Positions 1 to 12,770 of a stretch of 64,000 nt of DNA are shown here, in pieces. Every line of letters starts with the position of its first letter. Within the stretch, counting starts at the first letter, position 1. Both the position numbers and the translations under genes were made by a program. This DNA is from Balanoglossus misakiensis. Its lineage: Eukaryota; Animalia; Hemichordata. The DNA is taken from assembly GCA_040954595.2 (NCBI GenBank), contig CM082579.2, positions 15,786,550 to 15,850,549 on the forward strand. Direction: 5' to 3'. Under the pieces are notes generated by a model. That model had not been told where the DNA came from. It searched no databases and saw only the letters and a list, made by a program, of their open reading frames with translations.

Positions 1-3000
1 GAAACCACGTTGATCTACTCACATTTCCTTCGGCCTGGCACGGCTGATGCCCCGGCAGTATATATAGGACACAGACTTGCGTAAGTTAACAACGGTAATC
101 ACGTCGGGTTTCCTACGGCCTGGCTCAGCTGAAGCCCCGGCACTCTAGAGCAGAAACAGGCGTACATTGACCACGTTGATCAAATCAGATTCCTACGGCG
201 TGACTCCGCTGGTGCACGGGCTCTATATGACACAGACTGGCGTAAGTTATCAACGGTGATTACGTCGGATTTCCTACGGCCTGGTTTAGCTCAAGCCCCG
301 GCACTTTAGAGCGGAAACACGCGTACATTGACCACGATGATCAAGTCAGATCTCCTACGGCTTGGCTCGACTAAAACCCCGGCACACTATGACAGACACT
401 AGCGTTCGTTAGCAACGTTGATCAATTCAGATTTCCTACGGCATGGCTTGGCTAAAGCCCTGGCATTCTAGAGCAGAAACACGCGTACAGAGACCACATT
501 GATCTACTCACATTTCCTTAGGCCTGGCACGGCTGATGCCCCGCACTATATATAGGACACAGACTGGCGTAAGTTAACAACGGTAATCACGTCGGGTTTC
601 CTACGGCCTGGCTCAGCTGAAGCCCCGGCACTCTAGAGCAGAAACAGGCGTACATTGACCACGTTGATCAAATTAGATTCCTACGGCGTGACTCGGCTGG
701 TGCACCGGCTCTATATGACACAGACTGGCGTAAGTTATCAACGGTGATTACGTCGGATTTCCTACGGCCTGGTTTAGCTGAAGCCCCGGCACTTTAGAGC
801 GGAAACACGCGTACATTGACCACGATGATCCAGTCAGATCTCCTACGGCCTGGCTCGACTAAAACCCCGGCACACCATGACAGACACTAGCGTTCGTTAG
901 CAACGGTGATCAAGTCGGATTTCCTTCGGCCTGGCTCTGCAAAACACCCGACACTCTAGTACAAAGACGTTGGCTAAGTCGGGCAAACCGAAGAGGGAAA
1001 GTCACAGCGGGTCAACACTCGACATTTGTTCCGGTAGGACTACATTATTGCCTGTCAATTTATAGAGAAAGCCCGAATTTAACCAGGGCGTTTCAAACAC
1101 CGACGTTAGTTGTGGGCACGGCCTGCAGTACTGACGGGTAAGCTGACATCGGCGTACCGCATTTAATGTAGGGGGGGGGGGAACAGAACGGTTCAATACT
1201 ATATTTATTAGATATCAGCTACTTTTGGACAATCATCTAAAATCTAAATAATTTTTTCATATTTGGATATCTGATGATGGATGAAATTTCCATTATATGT
1301 AAAAAAGGTGCTGATTATAAAAAATGCACTCTGAATGAGCTGATTTAATACAAAATTGCGTTTTATTCGTTTTTGCACCAAAAAGGTCATTTTTAGGGAA
1401 ACATTCTTTATTCTTTAAATTCGGTGACCTGATCATATATAAACAATTGCTTGTATGTTAAAAGTTTTAATGACTTTTAAAAGCAGTGACACTGGCGGCA
1501 TTCAACACGAAAATAACAATTTTAGCCACAATTCGGTCAAAATGGTAAATTTTTGAAAATTACAAAAAATACCTGTTTTCTACATTTTCGGAAATCTGAT
1601 GGAGTATAGAATGCTCTTCGTATACATATATCGATACAAATTCCACAAAAAACGGCCAATTTGGCTCACTGCAGACAAAATTGCGTTTTACCAAATTTTC
1701 CTTGAAAATGTCATTTTTAGAAAAAAAAATAAAAAAAACCTTTGTTCTTCGAATTTGGTGCCCTGATCATATATGACATGTTGATTGTATGTTAAAACTT
1801 TCGACCACTCCAAAAATGCAGAGATATTGACGGAATTCAAGAAAAAATAGCCATTTTGGCCATATTTTGACAAAAATGGTAAATTTTTAAAAAATCATAA
1901 AAAATTAACTCTTTTCTTCATTTTCGGAAATATTATGGAGCATGCAGTGTCGTTCTCTTGTAAAAAGTGCTGCAAATTCCAGAAAAGGCGGTATAATTTG
2001 AATCACCCATGACAAAATTACCATTTTCGACTTTTTTTCGAAAAATTGTGATTTTAACAAAATAAATAAGAATAAATTCTTTTCTTAGTTTCAAACGGGA
2101 AGAGATACTTTCCACACGGGTTTTCTAACATTGAATTCCAGTTCATCAACTCAGATTTCCTACAGCATAAGTCGGCTAAAACCCTGACACTCTAGAGCAG
2201 AAACAGTTGCACACTGGTAACGTTGAACAAGTCGATTTTTCTACGGCCTGGCTCGGCTAAATCTCCGTCACAATATGACAGACACTAGCGTACGTTAGCA
2301 ACGGTGATCAAGTCAGATTTTCTACGGCATGGCTTGGATAAAGCCCCGGCACTCCAGAGCAGAAACACGCGTACAGAGACCACGTTGATGAAGTCTGATC
2401 TCCTACGGCTTGGCTCGACTAAAACCCCGGCACACCATGACAGACACTAGCGTTCGTTAGCAACGGTGATCAAGTCGGATTTCCTTCGGCCTGGCTCTGC
2501 AAAAGACCCGACACATTAGTACAAAGACGTTGGCTAAGTCGGGCAAACCGAAGAGGGAAAGTCACAGCGGGTCAACACTCGACATTTGTTCGGGTAGGAC
2601 TGCATTATTGCCTGTCAATTTATAGAGAAAGCCCGAATTTAACCAGGGCGTTTCAAACACCGACGTTATTTGGGGGCACGGCCTGCAGTACTGCCGGGTA
2701 AGCTGACATCGGCGTACCGCATATAATGTAGGGGGGGGGGGGGGGACAGAACGGTTCAATACTACATTTATTAGATATCAGCTAATTTTGGACAATCATC
2801 TAAAATCTAAATCATTTTTTCATATTTGGATATCTGATGATGTATGAAATTTTCAATATATGTAAAAATGGTGCTGATTATAAAAAATGCACTCTGAATG
2901 AGCTGATTTAATACAAAATTGCGTTTTATTCGTTTTTGCACCAAAAAGGTCATTTTCAGGCAAAACATACTTTATTTTTTTTAATTCGGTGGCCTGATCA

Positions 3001-6000
3001 TATATAAGCAATTGCTTGCATGTTAAAAGTTTTTATGACTTTTAAAAGCAGTGACACTGGCGGCATTCAACACGAAAATAACAATTTTAACCACAATTTG
3101 GTCAAAATGGTAAATTTTTGAAAATTACAAAAAATACCTGTTTTCTACATTTTCGGAAATCTGATGGAGTATAGAATGCTCTTCGTATATATATATCGAT
3201 ACCAATTCCACAAAAGACCGTCTAATTTGGCTCACTGCAGACAAAATTGCGTTTTACCAAATTTTCCTTGAAAATGTCATTTTTAGAAAAATAAAATAAA
3301 AAAACCTTCGTTCTTCGAATTTGGTGCCCTGATCATATATGACATGTTGATTGTATGTTAAAACTTTCGACCACTCCAAAAATGCAGAGATATTGACGGA
3401 ATTCAAGAAAAAATAGCCATTTTGGCCATATTTTGACAAAATGGTACATTTTTAAAAAATCATAAAAAATAAACTCTTTTCTTCATTTTCGGAAATATTA
3501 TGGAGCATGAAGTGTCGTTCTCTTGTAAAAAGTGCTGCAAATTCCAGAAAATGTGGTATAATTTGAATCACCCAAGACAAAATTACCATTTTCGACTTTT
3601 TTTCGAAATATTGTTTTTTTTACAAAATAAATAAGAATAAATTCTTTTCTTAGTTCCAAACGGGTAGAGATACTTTCCACACGGATTTCTAACATTGAAT
3701 TCCCGTTCATCAACTCAGATTTCCTACAAGTCGGCTAAAACCCTGACACTCTAGAACAGAAACAGTTGCACACTGGTAACGTTGAACAAGTCGATTTTTC
3801 TACGGCCTGGCTCGGCTAAATCTCCGTCACAATATGACAGACACTAGCGTAGGTTAGCAACGGTGATCAAGTCAGATTTTCTACGGCATGGCTTGGATAA
3901 AGCCCCGGCACTCCAGAGCAGAAACACGCGTACAGAGACCACGCTGATCAAGTCTGATCTCCTACGGCTTGGTTCGACTAAAACCCCGGCACACTATGAC
4001 AGACACTAGCGTTCGTTAGCAACGTTGATCAAGTCAGATTTCCTACGGCATGGCTTGGCTAAAGCCCTGGCACTCTAGAGCAGAAACACGCGTACAGAAA
4101 CCACGTTGATCTACTCACATTTCCTTCGGCCTGGCACGGCTGATGCCCCGGCAGTATATATAGGACACAGACTTGCGTAAGTTAACAACGGTAATCACGT
4201 CGGGTTTCCTACGGCCTGGCTCAGCTGAAGCCCCGGCACTCTAGAGCAGAAACAGGCGTACATTGACCACGTTGATCAAATCAGATTCCTACGGCGTGAC
4301 TCCGCTGGTGCACCGGCTCTATATGACACAGACTGGCGTAAGTTATCAACGGTGATTACGTCGGATTTCCTACGGCCTGGTTTAGCTCAAGCCCCGGCAC
4401 TTTAGAGCGGAAACACGCGTACATTGACCACGATGATCAAGTCAGATCTCCTACGGCTTGGCTCGACTAAAACCCCGGCACACTATGACAGACACTAGCG
4501 TTCGTTAGCAACGTTGATCAATTCAGATTTCCTACGGCATGGCTTGGCTAAAGCCCTGGCATTCTAGAGCAGAAACACGCGTACAGAGACCACATTGATC
4601 TACTCACATTTCCTTAGGCCTGGCACGGCTGATGCCCCGCACTATATATAGGACACAGACTGGCGTAAGTTAACAACGGTAATCACGTCGGGTTTCCTTC
4701 GGCCTGACTCAGCTGAAGCCCCGGCACTCTAGAGCAGAAACAGGCGTACATTGACCACGTTGATCAAATTAGATTCCTACGGCGTGACTCGGCTGGTGCA
4801 CCGGCTCTATATGACACAGACTGGCGTAAGTTATCAACGGTGATTACGTCGGATTTCCTACGGCCTGGTTTAGCTGAAGCCCCGGCACTTTAGAGCGGAA
4901 ACACGCGTACATTGACCACGATGATCCAGTCAGATCTCCTACGGCCTGGCTCGACTAAAACCCCGGCACACCATGACAGACACTAGCGTTCGTTAGCAAC
5001 GGTGATCAAGTCGGATTTCCTTCGGCCTGGCTCTGCAAAACACCCGACACTCTAGTACAAAGACGTTGGCTAAGTCGGGCAAGCCGAAGAGGGAAAGTCA
5101 CAGCGGGTCAACACTCGACATTTGTTCCGGTAGGACTACATTATTGCCTGTCAATTTATAGAGAAAGCCCGAATTTAACCAGGGCGTTTCAAACACCGAC
5201 GTTAGTTGTGGGCACGGCCTGCAGTACTGACGGGTAAGCTGACATCGGCGTACCGCATTTAATGTAGGGGGGGGGGAACAGAACGGTTCAATACTATATT
5301 TATTAGATATCAGCTACTTTTGGACAATCATCTAAAATCTAAATAATTTTTTCATATTTGGATATCTGATGATGGATGAAATTTCCATTATATGTAAAAA
5401 TGGTGCTGATTATAAAAAATGCACTCTGAATGAGCTGATTTAATACAAAATTGCGTTTTATTCGTTTTTGCACCAAAAAGGTCATTTTTAGGGAAACATT
5501 CTTTATTCTTTAAATTCGGTGACCTGATCATATATAAACAATTGCTTGTATGTTAAAAGTTTTAATGACTTTTAAAAGCAGTGACACTGGCGGCATTCAA
5601 CACGAAAATAACAATTTTAGCCACAATTCGGTCAAAATGGTAAATTTTTGAAAATTACAAAAAATACCTGTTTTCTACATTTTCGGAAATCTGATGGAGT
5701 ATAGAATGCTCTTCGTATACATATATCGATACAAATTCCACAAAAAACGGCCAATTTGGCTCACTGCAGACAAAATTGCGTTTTACCAAATTTTCCTTGA
5801 AAATGTCATTTTTAGAAAAAAAAATAAAAAAAACCTTTGTTCTTCGAATTTGGTGCCCTGATCATATATGACATGTTGATTGTATGTTAAAACTTTCGAC
5901 CACTCCAAAAATGCAGAGATATTGACGGAATTCAAGAAAAAATAGCCATTTTGGCCATATTTTGACAAAAATGGTAAATTTTTAAAAAATCATAAAAAAT

Positions 6001-9000
6001 TAACTCTTTTCTTCATTTTCGGAAATATTATGGAGCATGCAGTGTCGTTCTCTTGTAAAAAGTGCTGCAAATTCCAGAAAAGGCGGTATAATTTGAATCA
6101 CCCATGACAAAATTACCATTTTCGACTTTTTTTCGAAAAATTGTGATTTTAACAAAATAAATAAGAATAAATTCTTTTCTTAGTTTCAAACGGGAAGAGA
6201 TACTTTCCACACGGGTTTTCTAACATTGAATTCCAGTTCATCAACTCAGATTTCCTACAGCATAAGTCGGCTAAAACCCTGACACTCTAGAGCAGAAACA
6301 GTTGCACACTGGTAACGTTGAACAAGTCGATTTTTCTACGGCCTGGCTCGGCTAAATCTCCGTCACAATATGACAGACACTAGCGTACGTTAGCAACGGT
6401 GATCAAGTCAGATTTTCTACGGCATGGCTTGGATAAAGCCCCGGCACTCCAGAGCAGAAATACGCGTACAGAGACCACGTTGATGAAGTCTGATCTCCTA
6501 CGGCTTGGCTCGACTAAAACCCCGGCACACCATGACAGACACTAGCGTTCGTTAGCAACGGTGATCAAGTCGGATTTCCTTCGGCCTGGCTCTGCAAAAG
6601 ACCCGACACATTAGTACAAAGACGTTGGCTAAGTCGGGCAAACCGAAGAGGGAAAGTCACAGCGGGTCAACACTCGACATTTGTTCGGGTAGGACTGCAT
6701 TATTGCCTGTCAATTTATAGAGAAAGCCCGAATTTAACCAGGGCGTTTCAAACACCGACGTTATTTGGGGGCACGGCCTGCAGTACTGCCGGGTAAGCTG
6801 ACATCGGCGTACCGCATATAATGTAGGGGGGGGGGGGACAGAACGGTTCAATACTACATTTATTAGATATCAGCTAATTTTGGACAATCATCTAAAATCT
6901 AAATCATTTTTTCATATTTGGATATCTGATGATGTATGAAATTTTCAATATATGTAAAAATGGTGCTGATTATAAAAAATGCACTCTGAATGAGCTGATT
7001 TAATACAAAATTGCGTTTTATTCGTTTTTGCACCAAAAAGGTCATTTTCAGGCAAAACATTCTTTATTTTTTTTAATTCGGTGGCCTGATCATATATAAG
7101 CAATTGCTTGCATGTTAAAAGTTTTTATGACTTTTAAAAGCAGTGACACTGGCGGCATTCAACACGAAAATAACAATTTTAACCACAATTTGGTCAAAAT
7201 GGTAAATTTTTGAAAATTACAAAAAATACCTGTTTTCTACATTTTCGGAAATCTGATGGAGTATAGAATGCTCTTCGTATATATATATCGATACCAATTC
7301 CACAAAAGACCGTCTAATTTGGCTCACTGCAGACAAAATTGCGTTTTACCAAATTTTCCTTGAAAATGTCATTTTTAGAAAAATAAAATAAAAAAACCTT
7401 CGTTCTTCGAATTTGGTGCCCTGATCATATATGACATGTTGATTGTATGTTAAAACTTTCGACCACTCCAAAAATGCAGAGATATTGACGGAATTCAAGA
7501 AAAAATAGCCATTTTGGCCATATTTTGACAAAATGGTACATTTTTAAAAAATCATAAAAAATAAACTCTTTTCTTCATTTTCGGAAATATTATGGAGCAT
7601 GAAGTGTCGTTCTCTTGTAAAAAGTGCTGCAAATTCCAGAAAATGTGGTATAATTTGAATCACCCAAGACAAAATTACCATTTTCGACTTTTTTTCGAAA
7701 TATTGTTTTTTTTACAAAATAAATAAGAATAAATTCTTTTCTTAGTTCCAAACGGGTAGAGATACTTTCCACACGGATTTCTAACATTGAATTCCCGTTC
7801 ATCAACTCAGATTTCCTACAAGTCGGCTAAAACCCTGACACTCTAGAACAGAAACAGTTGCACACTGGTAACGTTGAACAAGTCGATTTTTCTACGGCCT
7901 GGCTCGGCTAAATCTCCGTCACAATATGACAGACACTAGCGTAGGTTAGCAACGGTGATCAAGTCAGATTTTCTACGGCATGGCTTGGATAAAGCCCCGG
8001 CACTCCAGAGCAGAAACACGCGTACAGAGACCACGCTGATCAAGTCTGATCTCCTACGGCTTGGTTCGACTAAAACCCCGGCACACTATGACAGACACTA
8101 GCGTTCGTTAGCAACGTTGATCAAGTCAGATTTCCTACGGCATGGCTTGGCTAAAGCCCTGGCACTCTAGAGCAGAAACACGCGTACAGAAACCACGTTG
8201 ATCTACTCACATTTCCTTCGGCCTGGCACGGCTGATGCCCCGGCAGTATATATAGGACACAGACTTGCGTAAGTTAACAACGGTAATCACGTCGGGTTTC
8301 CTACGGCCTGGCTCAGCTGAAGCCCCGGCACTCTAGAGCAGAAACAGGCGTACATTGACCACGTTGATCAAATCAGATTCCTACGGCGTGACTCCGCTGG
8401 TGCACCGGCTCTATATGACACAGACTGGCGTAAGTTATCAACGGTGATTACGTCGGATTTCCTACGGCCTGGTTTAGCTCAAGCCCCGGCACTTTAGAGC
8501 GGAAACACGCGTACATTGACCACGATGATCAAGTCAGATCTCCTACGGCTTGGCTCGACTAAAACCCCGGCACACTATGACAGACACTAGCGTTCGTTAG
8601 CAACGTTGATCAATTCAGATTTCCTACGGCATGGCTTGGCTAAAGCCCTGGCATTCTAGAGCAGAAACACGCGTACAGAGACCACATTGATCTACTCACA
8701 TTTCCTTAGGCCTGGCACGGCTGATGCCCCGCACTATATATAGGACACAGACTGGCGTAAGTTAACAACGGTAATCACGTCGGGTTTCCTTCGGCCTGAC
8801 TCAGCTGAAGCCCCGGCACTCTAGAGCAGAAACAGGCGTACATTGACCACGTTGATCAAATTAGATTCCTACGGCGTGACTCGGCTGGTGCACCGGCTCT
8901 ATATGACACAGACTGGCGTAAGTTATCAACGGTGATTACGTCGGATTTCCTACGGCCTGGTTTAGCTGAAGCCCCGGCACTTTAGAGCGGAAACACGCGT

Positions 9001-11790
9001 ACATTGACCACGATGATCCAGTCAGATCTCCTACGGCCTGGCTCGACTAAAACCCCGGCACACCATGACAGACACTAGCGTTCGTTAGCAACGGTGATCA
9101 AGTCGGATTTCCTTCGGCCTGGCTCTGCAAAACACCCGACACTCTAGTACAAAGACGTTGGCTAAGTCGGGCAAGCCGAAGAGGGAAAGTCACAGCGGGT
9201 CAACACTCGACATTTGTTCCGGTAGGACTACATTATTGCCTGTCAATTTATAGAGAAAGCCCGAATTTAACCAGGGCGTTTCAAACACCGACGTTAGTTG
9301 TGGGCACGGCCTGCAGTACTGACGGGTAAGCTGACATCGGCGTACCGCATTTAATGTAGGGGGGGGGGGGAACAGAACGGTTCAATACTATATTTATTAG
9401 ATATCAGCTACTTTTGGACAATCATCTAAAATCTAAATAATTTTTTCATATTTGGATATCTGATGATGGATGAAATTTCCATTATATGTAAAAATGGTGC
9501 TGATTATAAAAAATGCACTCTGAATGAGCTGATTTAATACAAAATTGCGTTTTATTCGTTTTTGCACCAAAAAGGTCATTTTTAGGGAAACATTCTTTAT
9601 TCTTTAAATTCGGTGACCTGATCATATATAAACAATTGCTTGTATGTTAAAAGTTTTAATGACTTTTAAAAGCAGTGACACTGGCGGCATTCAACACGAA
9701 AATAACAATTTTAGCCACAATTCGGTCAAAATGGTAAATTTTTGAAAATTACAAAAAATACCTGTTTTCTACATTTTCGGAAATCTGATGGAGTATAGAA
9801 TGCTCTTCGTATACATATATCGATACAAATTCCACAAAAAACGGCCAATTTGGCTCACTGCAGACAAAATTGCGTTTTACCAAATTTTCCTTGAAAATGT
9901 CATTTTTAGAAAAAAAAATAAAAAAAACCTTTGTTCTTCGAATTTGGTGCCCTGATCATATATGACATGTTGATTGTATGTTAAAACTTTCGACCACTCC
10001 AAAAATGCAGAGATATTGACGGAATTCAAGAAAAAATAGCCATTTTGGCCATATTTTGACAAAAATGGTAAATTTTTAAAAAATCATAAAAAATTAACTC
10101 TTTTCTTCATTTTCGGAAATATTATGGAGCATGCAGTGTCGTTCTCTTGTAAAAAGTGCTGCAAATTCCAGAAAAGGCGGTATAATTTGAATCACCCATG
10201 ACAAAATTACCATTTTCGACTTTTTTTCGAAAAATTGTGATTTTAACAAAATAAATAAGAATAAATTCTTTTCTTAGTTTCAAACGGGAAGAGATACTTT
10301 CCACACGGGTTTTCTAACATTGAATTCCAGTTCATCAACACAGATTTCCTACAGCATAAGTCGGCTAAAACCCTGACACTCTAGAGCAGAAACAGTTGCA
10401 CACTGGTAACGTTGAACAAGTCGATTTTTCTACGGCCTGGCTCGGCTAAATCTCCGTCACAATATGACAGACACTAGCGTACGTTAGCAACGGTGATCAA
10501 GTCAGATTTTCTACGGCATGGCTTGGATAAAGCCCCGGCACTCCAGAGCAGAAATACGCGTACAGAGACCACGTTGATGAAGTCTGATCTCCTACGGCTT
10601 GGCTCGACTAAAACCCCGGCACACCATGACAGACACTAGCGTTCGTTAGCAACGGTGATCAAGTCGGATTTCCTTCGGCCTGGCTCTGCAAAAGACCCGA
10701 CACATTAGTACAAAGACGTTGGCTAAGTCGGGCAAACCGAAGAGGGAAAGTCACAGCGGGTCAACACTCGACATTTGTTCGGGTAGGACTGCATTATTGC
10801 CTGTCAATTTATAGAGAAAGCCCGAATTTAACCAGGGCGTTTCAAACACCGACGTTATTTGGGGGCACGGCCTGCAGTACTGCCGGGTAAGCTGACATCG
10901 GCGTACCGCATATAATGTAGGGGGGGGGGGACAGAACGGTTCAATACTACATTTATTAGATATCAGCTAATTTTGGACAATCATCTAAAATCTAAATCAT
11001 TTTTTCATATTTGGATATCTGATGATGTATGAAATTTTCAATATATGTAAAAATGGTGCTGATTATAAAAAATGCACTCTGAATGAGCTGATTTAATACA
11101 AAATTGCGTTTTATTCGTTTTTGCACCAAAAAGGTCATTTTCAGGCAAAACATTCTTTATTTTTTTTAATTCGGTGGCCTGATCATATATAAGCAATTGC
11201 TTGCATGTTAAAAGTTTTTATGACTTTTAAAAGCAGTGACACTGGCGGCATTCAACACGAAAATAACAATTTTAACCACAATTTGGTCAAAATGGTAAAT
11301 TTTTGAAAATTACAAAAAATACCTGTTTTCTACATTTTCGGAAATCTGATGGAGTATAGAATGCTCTTCGTATATATATATCGATACCAATTCCACAAAA
11401 GACCGTCTAATTTGGCTCACTGCAGACAAAATTGCGTTTTACCAAATTTTCCTTGAAAATGTCATTTTTAGAAAAATAAAATAAAAAAACCTTCGTTCTT
11501 CGAATTTGGTGCCCTGATCATATATGACATGTTGATTGTATGTTAAAACTTTCGACCACTCCAAAAATGCAGAGATATTGACGGAATTCAAGAAAAAATA
11601 GCCATTTTGGCCATATTTTGACAAAATGGTACATTTTTAAAAAATCATAAAAAATAAACTCTTTTCTTCATTTTCGGAAATATTATGGAGCATGAAGTGT
11701 CGTTCTCTTGTAAAAAGTGCTGCAAATTCCAGAAAATGTGGTATAATTTGAATCACCCAAGACAAAATTACCATTTTCGACTTTTTTTCG
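1..11790. repeat. Higher-order repeat, ~4093-4095 bp period (1560-bp unit + ~2535-bp unit), ~3 near-identical copies
   Basis: Poly-G spacings alternate 1560/2535/1560/2533/1561. Identical ORF-track translations recur at 1688/5783/9877 and 3254/7346/11439. The diagnostic TTCCTACAAGTCGG deletion variant is present at ~3725 and ~7817 but not at ~11912. Confidence 0.95.
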
Positions 11791-11899
11791 AAAAATTGTC
11801 TTGTTTTACAAAATAAATAAGAATAAATTCTTTTCTTAGTTTCAAACGGGTAGAGATACTTTACACACGGGTTTTCTAACATTGAATTCCCGTTCATCA

Positions 11900-12770
11900 A
11901 CTCAGATTTCCTACAGCACAAGTCGGCTAAAACCCTGACACTCTAGAGCAGAAACAGTTGCACACTGGTAACGTTGAACAAGTCGATTTTTCTACGGCCT
12001 GGCTCGGCTAAATCTCCGTCACAATATGACAGACACTAGCGTAAGTTAGCAACGGTGATCAAGTCAGATTTTCTACGGCATAGCTCGGATAAAGCCCCGG
12101 CACTCTAGAGCAGAAACACGCGTACAGAGACCACGTTGATCAAGTCTGATCTCCTACGGCTTGGCTCGACTAAAACCCCGGCACACTATGACAGACACTA
12201 TCGTACGTTAGCAACGGTGATCAAGTCAGATTTTCTACGGCATGGCTTGGATAAAGCCCCGGCACTCTAGAGCAGAAACACGCGTACAGAGACCACGTTG
12301 ATCTACTCACATTTCCTTCGGCCTGGCACGGCTGATGCCCCGGCACTATATATAGGACACAGACTGGCGTAAGTTAACAACGGTAATCACGTCGGGTTTC
12401 CTACGGCCTGGCTCAGCTGAAGCCCCGGCACTCTAGAGCAGAAACAGGCGTACATTGACCACGTTGATCAAGTCAGATTTCCTACGGCGTGATTCGGCTT
12501 GTGCACCGGCTCTATATGACACAGACTGGCGTAAGTTATCAACGGTGATTACCTCGGATTTCCTACGGCATGGTTTAGCTGAAGCCCCGGCACTTTAGAG
12601 CGGAAACACGCGTACATTGACCACGATGATCAAGTCAGATCTCCTACGGCCTGGCTCGACTAAAACCCCGGCACACCATGACAGACACTAGCGTTCGTTA
12701 GCAACGGTGATCAAGTCGGATTTCCTTCGGCCTGGCTCTGCAAAAGACCCGACACTCTAGTACAAAGACG
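11900..12770. repeat. Representative GC-rich block of the satellite: ~81-bp diverged monomers in two alternating types (~162-bp dimer)
   Basis: The core GATCAAGTCAGATTTCCTACGGC recurs every ~81 bp. Monomer tails alternate between CTCTAGAGCAGAAACACGCGTACA and ATGACAGACACTAGCGTTCGTTAGCAAC. The same block, with variable monomer number, occurs in every unit. Confidence 0.93.

Noticed and set aside
1-960. Regularly spaced GATCAAGTCAGATTTCCTACGGC motifs as a CRISPR array
   Set aside because: The intervening sequences are homologous to one another and recur in every unit rather than being unique spacers; no cas genes; eukaryotic context.
960-1200. Tandem 5S, snRNA, SL RNA or tRNA gene within the satellite unit
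   Set aside because: No recognisable conserved sequence, A/B box, Sm site or cloverleaf on either strand by eye. Kept only as an open question among the findings.
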